Shown here piece by piece: positions 30,526 to 41,026 of a stretch of 46,570 nt of DNA. Position 1 is the stretch's first letter. Every line of letters begins with the position of its first letter. A model generated the notes under the pieces. The model ran no database searches and was not told the DNA's origin. It saw only the letters and a program-made list of their open reading frames with translations. This DNA comes from Chrysochromulina tobinii (lineage: Eukaryota). The stretch lies in assembly GCA_001275005.1 (NCBI GenBank), contig JWZX01003284.1:1-46570 (forward strand). The letters run 5' to 3'. A program made the translations under genes and the position numbers.

Positions 30526-31992
30526 ATGCGCGACTCGACGGTCGCTGTCCTATTCGGCGCGTACTTCAAGGTGAGCTTCGAGCCGGCCAACCTCCGCGCC
30601 AAGCTCATCGATCCTCTCAAGGCGAACACGTTCGTCTTCCTCACCTACCGCGCCGACAGCGAGCGGAACGACCGGTGCAACAGCATCGGTTCGTGCGGCG
30701 TTCGCGCGCGCTTCCAATGCCTCAAGCCGATCACCCGGTTCGAGATGGAACGGCAGCTCACAACTCGTGAGCTAACGGAGCAGCTCGAATCATCGCCTGG
30801 CTGGTGGACCCTCTTCAAGATGTACCAACAAGTCTCCGGCTGCGTGCGACACAACAGCAGCAGCACTTGCCCCAGCTGCTTCGCCAACGACGGCTCGTCT
30901 CCTTACAGATGCTCAAGCCGCCTCTCTGAAGGCGGCAACACATTTGTCGCGCCCGTGATCGGGAACAGCAAGTTGAACGTGCTGCGTGAGTTCCACATGC
31001 AAGCGCGTGGATTGCAGATGATCGCGGCACACGAGAACGGCCCGGAGCGAGGCGGTAAGGCGTACGAGTACGTGGTGTGGTCGAGGCTCGAGTACGTGTG
31101 GCTGCGGCCCCACCCTTCCCCCGAGCATCTCGGCATCGGCCGCGCCTCCATCAATGGCGGCGCAGGCTGCCTGTGGGTGCCACTCGGAGAAGACTACGGC
31201 GGGCTCAACGACCGGCACGCCCTGATCCCCCGAGCGCTCGCCCCACTCTACCTCGGCCGGTGGAACGTGATTCGCGACGGAAAGCTCGTGCAGATCATCC
31301 CGTGCCTCCACCCGGACGCTGGGAGCACGAAGCCATGCGCCCAGTCCTCGGAACGCATGCTCGCCGCCCTCCTCGCCTACAGCAACGTCTCCATGTGCCG
31401 CTTCCCACCGGTTGCCTACTTGCAGTGCTGCGGTGCTCGGCACGGCGAATCGTCTCACAACTCGACAAACGCTATCTTTTGCCGCAAGACTGCGTGTCAC
31501 AGTGGGGAGTGGCCCAAGACAGGGAACGGCACGTTCCAAAAGGGGGTGTCCACTGCCGGCACGAGGACGAGCCACCTGAGCGGCAAGTACCCGCAAGAGC
31601 TCGCCATGGCGCTCGTGCATGCATCGGTGCTTGAAGTGCAAGGCGTGAGCCTGGGGTTCCGCAACACGACCTGGCCGCCGCAGGGCTTCTGGCACTCGAT
31701 GATTCCGTTATCCCACAGCCTCGTGATTCATGTCCCCTCCGCTGGACAGGGGGACACCACGTCCCTTGGGCAATGGTCCAAATCTGTCTCTGGGGCGCTC
31801 CGCCTCACCCACCAATTCACATGGTCGCTCATCCGCAAAGCTTCGGACTACAGGGATACGGCGTGGCCTCCTGCAATTGTTGACTCCTCAACCAGACTCC
31901 TCCAGCAGCTGCTCGCGCCGATCGGTGATGCAGCGGAGGGACCGTTGGGGCCTTTTTGCGGCGTGCACCGCAATCACTCTGGCGAGACCTGA
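30526..31992 (+). CDS. Hypothetical protein, possibly glycosyltransferase-like
   Basis: Long ORF containing 'YEYVVWSRLEYVWLRPHP' and 'WVPLGEDYGGLNDRHAL', which resemble an algal uncharacterised family. Function is inference only. Confidence 0.6.
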   Translation: MRDSTVAVLFGAYFKVSFEPANLRAKLIDPLKANTFVFLTYRADSERNDRCNSIGSCGVRARFQCLKPITRFEMERQLTTRELTEQLESSPGWWTLFKMYQQVSGCVRHNSSSTCPSCFANDGSSPYRCSSRLSEGGNTFVAPVIGNSKLNVLREFHMQARGLQMIAAHENGPERGGKAYEYVVWSRLEYVWLRPHPSPEHLGIGRASINGGAGCLWVPLGEDYGGLNDRHALIPRALAPLYLGRWNVIRDGKLVQIIPCLHPDAGSTKPCAQSSERMLAALLAYSNVSMCRFPPVAYLQCCGARHGESSHNSTNAIFCRKTACHSGEWPKTGNGTFQKGVSTAGTRTSHLSGKYPQELAMALVHASVLEVQGVSLGFRNTTWPPQGFWHSMIPLSHSLVIHVPSAGQGDTTSLGQWSKSVSGALRLTHQFTWSLIRKASDYRDTAWPPAIVDSSTRLLQQLLAPIGDAAEGPLGPFCGVHRNHSGET

Positions 31993-32578
31993 ACTGGATG
32001 GGATCTCGCATCCACCGGCAGCGGCACAAAACCCCGACGACCATGTGTGAGCTAACAGCTAAAGCATGTGAAGTGATGGGACCGCCGGCGACCCCAGCCC
32101 TGCTGAAACCAGCGAACGTCGAGCCTCTTGTGAGCGCGGATGCGCTGAGGCTGAACCTTTCTCCTTTGCAAGTTAAAAATTGACTCTTATTGACTCACCC
32201 AAAATCCAAATGTCGAGAGTGTTTCATTGGAGCGTTTTTCACCGCCTTTGACACTAAGTATCTTCTCAATCACCATCCGGCTGTCGTTGCGGTTCAGCTT
32301 CCCGTCCTGTCCGACTTCGCAGTGGAGTTCTACTAGCACATCCACAACGCACAAAACGACACGGTTTCCTCTGGCTCCTGCACCAGATGGGCGCTGGATA
32401 GGCCGGGCGTCTATAGGCCTCCGAGTGAAGTCGAATTGCCATAAGCATAGAACGCTCGAAAAGCCGCAACTGCGACATCGCCGCGCCCAGGTCGGAATGC
32501 CAGCACCGATACGTCGGTCAGCGCTGTCACAGACGAGAGACAGGGTAAACACCTATCTGCAGTCCTCCACGTGCTCGC

Positions 32579-34239
32579 TCACGGCGGGCAGAGCGGCGTG
32601 TCCGGCGCCAGCGGCACCTTGTCAAAGTCACCACCAGCGAGGAACCGGGTCAGCATATCGAGTGCGTGCTTAGGCCGGTCGCGCGGTACCATATGGCCCG
32701 CCCCCTTGACGGTGAGGAATGTGAGGGGCACACCCGCGGTGGCATACTCTTCAAAATAGCCCGCCACCTGCCCATCGGAGCCGCGCCACTTGGTCCACTC
32801 GCGTGTCTTGTTGAGCGCCAGCCCCTGGTTGATCCACGCCGAGTTGCCCATGTGTGAGAGGATGTAATCTGCGTCGCCATTGTAGATAAGGATCTGTAGC
32901 TCGCCCTCGGCCACCCACTGCTTGTACCGCGGCAGCTCCGACAGGTAGTTGAAGTCGTACTGCACGTTGCCGCAGTCGGACCACTTGCCACCTGGGATTG
33001 TGCCCGGGCGCACCCCGATGGCCTGCTGCACGGCGGGTAGGTTGAGGTACGCGGCAGAGTACGCGTCCGCGCACGTGGGGTAGATGGGCGAGATGGTCGT
33101 CTGCGTGCGCCGACCACGCCCGTCGAGGGCGCTGCCAGAGTGGTCTACTGTCGCCTCCTCCTCAACCGCCGTCGGCGCCCGCTGTGCGTTGTGCCGTTGC
33201 TGCTTTGCGCGCTGCTGCTCCTCGAGGAGCATGAAGGCCTGCGTCTTCAGCCGTTGCTGGCCCTCGAGGCACACGTCCACGTAGATGTCGTAAATGTCGA
33301 TCGAGCCGTCCCGAGCGAGCGCCGTCGCGCGATCGACGGCCTCGCCGCACGCCGCCGGGCACTCGACGTCCGGTCGCTGCCAGAAGCAACGGGCATAGGA
33401 GCCATTACAGGCGACGTCTGCTGAGTCGAGGAGGCTCTGGCTCGTCAGGGCATGGTAGCGCGTGTTCGGCACGTTAGCGTTGAAATCCAGGAACCAATCC
33501 GTGTACCCGTTGCCCACGGCAAAACCTTTGATGTTGATGCGCTCAGGCGCGCTCGGCGCTAGCGCGGCGTTGCCCGCCTGGATGGCGGCGACGGTCTCTG
33601 GCACGTAGTGACCTCCATAACTCTCGCCCATCACGTCTGCGGCGGGTGAGAGTCGGAATGCATGCGGCAGGTGAACGTCGGAATGCATGCGTCAGGTGAG
33701 CGCACGAGGCTGCGGGCAGCTTCCTATCATCAAGGCTGCGTTCGAGGGAGTCTGCCAGTCGTACAGAACGGGCGGCCGCGCAGATCCGGGTGCAAATTGA
33801 AGAAGGCGAGTAGAGCCTTGTAAGTCTCATAGGCGGTGACCGTGTCATTGGCCGGCAAATTTGGATACGAGAAGCCGACACCGGCTGGCTGCTCAAGGAA
33901 GAGAACGTTGGCCACTTTGTTGAACGAGTAGGGATTGAACGTCACGTTGAGTGTCTTCTGGACGACGAACGGTCCGAGCTCGGTGAACGTGCCTCCCAGT
34001 GAGCTGCAGCCGGGCCCGCCGTTGAGCCACAAGAGGAGTGGCTTGGACTTGGGATCAGCCACTGCCTCGTGGTACCAGTAAAACAAGTGGGTGTCGCGGC
34101 TGGTGCCAGTCGACAAGTAGCCGCTGCTGTGGTTGAAGCACGGCGAGGTGGCGAGACCTGGCAGGGATGTGACCTTAGCAGCTGATGCTGCGCCGAAGAG
34201 GACGACACGCACGAGCGTGTGGAGTGATGATAAGAGCAT
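32579..34239 (-). CDS. Serine carboxypeptidase (peptidase S10); exons 34239-33765 and 33636-32579
   Basis: Signal peptide, HLFYWY, PLLLWLNGGPGCSS, FLEQPAGVGFSY, spliced F-Y-VMGESYGGHYVP (catalytic Ser), YNGDADYI (Asp) and TVKGAGHMVP (His). Intron at 33637-33764. Confidence 0.92.
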
Positions 34240-34801
34240 CGCAGTGTGCGCCGTGTTGGGGCGGAGCGCGCTTTAAAAGCGCGGTCGACATCCTGTTTTG
34301 CTTTTTCCTGATCGGTATTCCGTTCTCCATGCTGTCAACAGAGTTTTGAGTTCGGTTGCTCGTGGCGAAGCTGCAGGAGGGAACAGAGTGAGTGAGAGGT
34401 GAGTCGGAGAGTGAGCGACTATGTCTCAATAACTCACTCACTCTCACTCGTGAACAGACGCTCCTTTACTGTGAACTTGGTCGCGTAGGTTAATTCATCA
34501 AACTTCACAAAGGCAGCCTGGTGAGCGCGACATCCCAAGATCAACGATCCAGCCCCCGGTTCAAAAACACCGGGGGGAGCGGGGACACAAGGTAGACAAT
34601 CGGTGTACCGGTAAGACGCCGCGCGCGCGAGCGTTTCGCTGAGGGCGAAGGGCGGATGGGAACTTCAAAGCTGTCACGAGGCTGATTTGCACTCGCCAAC
34701 TGACAACCTCTTCGGACTACAATTTATGAGTTGCCTCGGACTCCCAAAAGCGTTAAGTTCCGAATCGCACGTTCGGCGTCCGCAAAACGCGTCGCTGCAC
34801 A

Positions 34802-36370
34802 ATGGTCGGCCACAAGTTCGCAGACAAAGTCTCCCTTCGCGAGTATCTTCTTGCGCACGGCGTGGATTCCATCGCATGGGGCACGCGCGGTGCCAAGCAC
34901 GTTGAGGACCTGCTCGAGGAGCTGCAGCAAGGGGAAGCATCGCTGCAGCTCGTCGATGGCAAGATCTATCGCAACCTGGGCGTCGTGAAGCTGATCGTAC
35001 GCAGCCCGGAGGTCCCAGGGCAGCATCTCGTTTGCTACGAGCAGCAGATGGCCGACGGGCGCAAGCGCCAACGCAACGTGCTTCTGGCGGAGAAGAAGAA
35101 GCGCAACGAGACGGCAGATCAGGCTGCGATGCGAGCCATCAGGGAGGAGCTGGGCAGCGTCAAGGGGATGAAGCTCGACAGTGTGCTGCTGCGCGTGGGC
35201 ACCTACAAGAATTGGGAGGAGGCCGATGTGTCTCCATCATATCCGACGCTCTCCACCCGGTACGAGCTGCATCAGTATGAGGTGCGCGTGCGCGGCCTGC
35301 CCAAGCATCCGTTCATGACGGTTGAGGATGCTGGCGAGGGCAAGAAGAAGTTCAACTTTTGGAAGTGGGTCGTCGACTCCGATGACGATCTTCGGTACAA
35401 GGGCTTTGCCACTGGGCAGCGGCTCTCAGACGTCCACGAGGAACACCCAATAAACCCCAGCAAGTGGCAGCCGTCGGGAGTCGCTCAAAACATATTCGCA
35501 GACAAGGTGGAGGCGCGTAAGTACCTTCTCTCGCACGGTGTGGATACAGCCGCGTGGGGCGTATGTGATGCCAAGCGCATCGAAGACCTGCTCGAGGAGC
35601 TGCAGCAAGGGGAAGCATCACTGCAGCTCGTCGATGGCAAGATCTATCGCAACCTGGGCGTCGTGAAGCTGATCGTACGCAGCCCGGAGGTCCCAGGGCA
35701 GCATCTCGTTTGCTACGAGCAGCAGATGGCCGACGGGCGCAAGCGCCAACGCAACGTGCTTCTGGCGGAGAAGAAGAAGCGCAACGAGACGGCAGATCAG
35801 GCTGCGATGCGAGCCATCAGGGAGGAGCTGGGCAGCGTCAAGGGGATGAAGCTCGACAGTGTGCTGCTGCGCGTGGGCACCTACAAGAATTGGGAGGAGG
35901 CCGATGTGTCTCCATCATATCCGACGCTCTCCACCCGGTACGAGCTGCATCAGTATGAGGTGCGCGTGCGCGGCCTGCCCAAGCATCCGTTCATGACGGT
36001 TGAGGATGCGGGCGAGGGCAAGAAGAAGTTCAACTTTTGGAAGTGGGTCGTCGACTCCGATGTCGATCTTCGGTACAAGGGCCCTTCGACGGGTGTCCTC
36101 GGCTTCAATGAGTTGTTGGCTCAGCGTCCGCCGTCGACCATAGGAGACAGCCGCAAGGGCTTCGACGTCGCGTTCATCAACTCGCCAATAGGCTCCGCCA
36201 CTTACTGGCCCGCGGCGACTGCATTCTTGTCGCCGCGCAGCGTTCATTGCTGGCAGCCCAGCGTAAACGAGGGGGGGGGGATCCTCACGCCGACGTGGCA
36301 GCCGCCGCAGGCGCAGTCACTCGCCAACCCCGTTTCCAGGCGCCACCCACATCGCACTACGCCATTTTGA
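34802..36370 (+). CDS. Protein with two tandem NUDIX-like domains; the C-terminus may extend to 36764 via a frameshift
   Basis: Repeated domain containing WGxxxAKxxEDLLEELQQGEASL, EKKKRNETADQAAMRAIREELG (Nudix-box-like) and SPSYPTLSTRYELH. Confidence 0.7.
   Translation: MVGHKFADKVSLREYLLAHGVDSIAWGTRGAKHVEDLLEELQQGEASLQLVDGKIYRNLGVVKLIVRSPEVPGQHLVCYEQQMADGRKRQRNVLLAEKKKRNETADQAAMRAIREELGSVKGMKLDSVLLRVGTYKNWEEADVSPSYPTLSTRYELHQYEVRVRGLPKHPFMTVEDAGEGKKKFNFWKWVVDSDDDLRYKGFATGQRLSDVHEEHPINPSKWQPSGVAQNIFADKVEARKYLLSHGVDTAAWGVCDAKRIEDLLEELQQGEASLQLVDGKIYRNLGVVKLIVRSPEVPGQHLVCYEQQMADGRKRQRNVLLAEKKKRNETADQAAMRAIREELGSVKGMKLDSVLLRVGTYKNWEEADVSPSYPTLSTRYELHQYEVRVRGLPKHPFMTVEDAGEGKKKFNFWKWVVDSDVDLRYKGPSTGVLGFNELLAQRPPSTIGDSRKGFDVAFINSPIGSATYWPAATAFLSPRSVHCWQPSVNEGGGILTPTWQPPQAQSLANPVSRRHPHRTTPF
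34905..36081 (+). repeat. Near-identical coding duplication of about 500 bp, period 678 bp
   Basis: ~34905-35403 versus ~35583-36081 show only a few substitutions. Shadow ORFs 35032 and 35710 translate identically. Confidence 0.95.
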
Positions 36371-37019
36371 GCCGAGGCCTCCGACACCCTCGCAGCGGCA
36401 GCCGCACGAGCAGAGGCGTAACGGGGAACGGCACGCTCATGCCACGTTACGATCGCCTCCTAGAACTCCCGTTTCTCCATCCGCATTGCGCCCCTTCTCG
36501 CCTCGGACGCCAGAGGGAAGCAGATCGTCTCCACGATCGCCTACAAGTACAACTGATAGACTCTTCACACCCACGGTGCCGCTCGACCGCCGGCTGTACG
36601 CGAAGCCCGGGCTCGAGGACCCGGCCTCAGACAATGGCGATACGACGCCACGCACGGCCCAGGCTCGCGCGCGTCGGCTCGCGGCAATTTTGAACAGCTT
36701 GTACCCACCAGTGCGCCGAGCGGGCTTCTTGGACGACGACGAACCCGAGGACGGCGAGTCTTGAAAACGGTTCTCAGAACGTAAAGCGTAAGGGTTCCCG
36801 GATTATGGAATCGAATGCGTCTTCCTAGACAAAATTTTGCCGTTTGCCGACCTTTCCGCTTTCGCCCGCGCGGCTGAGAATGCGATGCCATCGTCGGTAT
36901 TTGCCCCACCCGCCCGGTCAATTGAATGGTTGACCCAAAGGGGAGTGGTAGTATGATGTCTGCATGCGCCAAGCCGCACACACACTGATCTCACACTCAT
37001 TACAACAAGATACAAGTTC

Positions 37020-40000
37020 TCATTCGATGTCAAAGACGGGCGTCTGCCGCATCATCTGGCGGCCTCGCGTCGGGGGCAGCGCCGAGCTGCCGGCGCGCTG
37101 CCGGGCTGTGTCGGCGCGGCCCGTCGGCTGCACCACCTGCCAGAGCACGACGGTGCGGTCGGCGCCGCCCGCGGAGACGGCGAGGCGATCCCCCTTGAGG
37201 AAGCGCGTGCAGGTGACAGGGGCCGAGTGGCCAGTGCCGTGCACGTACGGTGCCTCTTCGACGACGCACGGCGCATTGAAGAGTTTGACGAGCCCGTCGT
37301 CGCCGCCGGTGAGCAGAAGCGCGCCGTCGCGGGCGAGGTGGCACGCGTTCACGTCGGTGCTGTCTGATCCGTCCGGCCAGATCCCCATGCACGGGAAGCC
37401 CAGGTAACATGTCCAGCTCGCCCACTGCGCCGTCGCGAGCGTGCGGCCTGGCTGATTGAGCCGCTGGCCCGAGGGAACTCCCCAAATGAGGATCTCATGT
37501 GCGGCGCAGTTGCTCATCAGGGCACGTCCATCGGCAGACCAGTCAAGATGCGTCACCGTTGCCGTGTGCCCCGCGCACACGCAGCGCGGCACCAGCTGGA
37601 AGCGCCCCAAGGACGAGCTTGCCGACCTCACAGCCGAGCCCGCCTTCGCCGCCCCACCGCCCTCGGGCTTGAGTTCGAGGATCCGAACCATCCGATCATG
37701 ACTGCCGCATGCGATCAGCCCCCCAGATGTGACATTGGTCTGCGGCGCGAAGGCGATCACCTCAATCACACCTGTGCCACCCGTCGGGAGCACTGCCAGG
37801 GCTGGCGCGCCGCCGCTGCTCCCCGCCGCTGAGCCTGCGCCGCCCAAGGCCGCACCGCCCGCCGCTCCCCCTGCGCCACTCGGCGGCCCTGCGCCCAGCA
37901 GTGGCCCTTGGCGCGGTCGCAGCACCGCCAGGCCGCCCGCGTCAAGGCCGAAGGCCACGAGGATGCCGTCGGTTGAGTAGGCGACGCAGTGTGCGGGAGT
38001 CGGCAGCGAGAGCCGCTCGGTCGGCAGCGTCGCGCCAGCCGTCCAGAGGAGTGCTTGCTTGTCGTGGCCGCAGCTGACCCAGCGACCCTCCAGAGTGGGG
38101 TGTGCCGCCACACCGCTCACATGCCCAAAGTGGGCCGCGCTCAACTCGACGCCCTGCGTCGGCCCGAGCTTCCACAACGAGCAGCGCGCGGTACCCACGC
38201 ACAGGGTGGGTACCTGTAGCCCCCCGCCGCTCACGGCACGCTGCGCGCCTTGCGGCAGAACGCAGATCGACCGGATAGCGCCGACGCCCGGGTTCATCGT
38301 CCTCGTGGGGAGCTCGAGGAGGCGCTCGCCTGGAACGGGGGCAGGCTTGGGTTTCGGCTGTGTAGCTACGAGGTGGTTGGGGTCGCTCACGTTGCGCGAG
38401 GAGGCAGGCTGGGTCGGCCGGTACTGCGGATCAAGCTTGTACGCCGGCGTGGCGGGCGTGAACGAGTACGTATGCGCCTTTTCGAGCCCGCCCGCCGTCG
38501 CGGCGCTCACAGGGGCACGTGGCGTGCCGCCCACGACGCGCGCGCCGGCGGGCGGTCCCCACAGGTACACGAAACCGTCGGCGCCGCCCGAAGCAATCGC
38601 ATTGCCGGTGGAGCATAGCGCGGTGACAGGCCCTTGGTGCGCGTCCACGCCCCAAAGCGCCAACTCATTCGCAGGCGCGTCGAAGACGAAGATGCGCCCG
38701 CCCGAGCTGCCGATGAACGTGAGCCCGTGCGCAGCACCCGAAGGTGCAGGGAAGGCGTCGCCGCCAAAGGCGACGGCCGACAGGGCCGCTGGCGGCGCCT
38801 GGCCCGGCTTAAGCCCAAGCTGGCCCAACCCAAACGTGAGTGTGTATCGGAGGGGGCCGGCCGCGGCGACGGGCACGATCTTGCCAAACTTGGGTGCGTT
38901 CGAGACGCCCACGAGCACGCAGAACAACGACTGGCGCCCCTTGTCGTCCGTCGCGAGTGGCTGGGGCGCGACGCTCAACTGATGAACTCCGAGCGGGCGC
39001 GCCACCAGCCCGGGGGCTTGCGCCATGAGCTCGCCCTTGCGCCAGTCCCACACACCGACCAGGTGCTGCTCGTCCTTGCCCACTCCGATTATTAGGTGGC
39101 CCTGCAAGCACGTGACTCGATCGCCGGGCTCATACATGAGGAGGAGGCCCCACACAGCAGGGCACATGGGAGGGGAGGAGTCAGGTGCAACACAGCAGGA
39201 TGCACGCCAGAAGGTTCGACGCATCGAGAACGGGCCAACACACGTTTGGCGAGAAGGCGAGCGCGCAGAGCGCGCCCGGGTAAAATGGGCGCATCGTCAC
39301 GCCGTCGTTCTTGCGCTCGTCCTACACCTTGCCAATGATTGCTACTTGTTCTCGTGAGCCGATCTGCCACAGGTGGATGGACGCGTCGGCGCCACCCGCG
39401 TTCATGCCCTGGCCGGTGGCCACGAGCTCGCCGCTCGGATGGAGCGCGACGCAGGTGACGTCGCAGTCATGCCCGTCATATACGGTTTGAGTGCCCGTGC
39501 CCAGATCGGTCATCACAGCCATCGCCGCCGTGCTGTGAAGCAGTCGGCCGTCTGGGAGTGTGAACAAATTGGGCCCCCGACTGAGTGTGCCGAACCCATT
39601 GTAGCCGAGCACTATCTGCCGGCGCAGCCCAGCGGCGGGGTGTTGCGCCGAGCGCGTGACGAGCGCCCCGTCGAAATCGTCAGGGACGAGCAAGGGGGTT
39701 CGGCACTGCCGGTACTTGATCATCCGTGGAAGCTCGTTAGGCCGGGGCGCGGGCACGTGGCGTGCGCCCGTGCGCTTGGTGCCCGGCTTGCCGTCGCCGC
39801 GGTCGAACGCGCCCTGCTGCATGCCTGGACGAGCGTCGCTCGCCACGCTGGCGCCGGCACCGCCGGCACCACAGGCACCGCCGGCACCGCTGCCGCATGC
39901 AAGAGCTGCGCCGACGCCGATCGCCGCCCGACCGGCGGCTGTCGAAGGCAGAGGGTCCCGAGGTCCGAATTTGGGAGGCTTGGCGGCCGCTGAGCCGGTG

Positions 40001-40822
40001 GCGATGGGCACCGGGCATAGCAGCTCGAGGAGCTGAGCCACGTTGCCGCCGCCCGAGCGCTGCCACGCCGCACTCACGAATGCAGGCTCGAGAATTTGAA
40101 TAGCAGAGGCACGAGCGCCAGCAAAGTGTTGTCGTAGACGGCGCAGCGTGTCGAGGAGTGCGGCCTCGCTCACGGTGGACGCGCGCGGTTCGACGGCCCG
40201 AAGGAGGCGCAGGAGCGCGAGCTGTGCCTCCAGCGCCTCCGCTTGGCGTGCATGCATCGTCAGACGCTCCGAGCGAGGCAGTGCGCCTGCCGAGCGTGCC
40301 GATGCCACCTCACAGCCCAACGCCCAGCGCAGATCTTTCTTGCCTAGTTCGAAGGCATCGGCACCGGCAGCCGCGGTCGCCGGCCTTGGCGAGGGGCGCG
40401 CGGCAGAAGCCGGTGCCGCGGGCGCTGGAGCAGCCACCTCCCACGCTTGCTTCGGTGGCGATGGCTTGGGCATTTGCAGAGGCGGTGCCGTGGGGATCAG
40501 TGATGATGGCGCCGCTGTCTGTGGTGATGGAAAGAGAGCGGCCGCAAAGGTGCGTGCGTCCACAGAACGCTGTGGCGGCACACCAGGCTGCTGGACTGCG
40601 TGCGCATCAAACAGACGTCGCGACACTGCCGGCGGGATGCCTGGACGCAAGGAGTGAGAGGCACCGATTGAAGGCGTCGAACGACAGCGTGCCCGCGCGA
40701 TCGTCCGCATTCTGCATCATGAGTGCCTCGAGTGTCAGCCTCGCAGGCCTGCCTTCGCGCGTGCTCCGGTGGGTGGCGACGACGATGCGCCGGAGGGCTT
40801 CGGCGTCAGCAAGGGTCGCCAT
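37020..40822 (-). CDS. Echinoderm microtubule-associated protein-like (EML; HELP motif + WD40), with an apparent frameshift (~40650), an in-frame TAG (39322-39324) and an intron 39102-39243
   Basis: HELP-like LRRQIVLGYNG...NLF, and YDGHDCDVTCVALHPSGELVATGQ. EML C-terminus WASWTCYLGFPCMGIWPDGSDSTDVNAC...LLTGGDDGLVKLFNAPC...GHSAPVTCTRF...SAGGADRTVVLW. Confidence 0.8.
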
Positions 40823-41026
40823 CCGGACTTTGTGAATATCCCTGTGACAATGGTAAAAAGGCCCGGGGGGAGCCGGGACGCCCCCGCGCGGTACCCGCCA
40901 TGGTGTGAATGTATGTGTGTGAATGTGAATGTGTGTCTGTGTGACTTCTAACACACACGGACACACGGGACACGCGGGCGCACAAATGGTAAGGAAAAGG
41001 TTGAGACAAAAAATCAAACTCTGACC

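Noticed and set aside
31993..32578. Short ORFs between convergent genes
   Set aside because: No recognisable domain; more likely 3' UTR or intergenic DNA.
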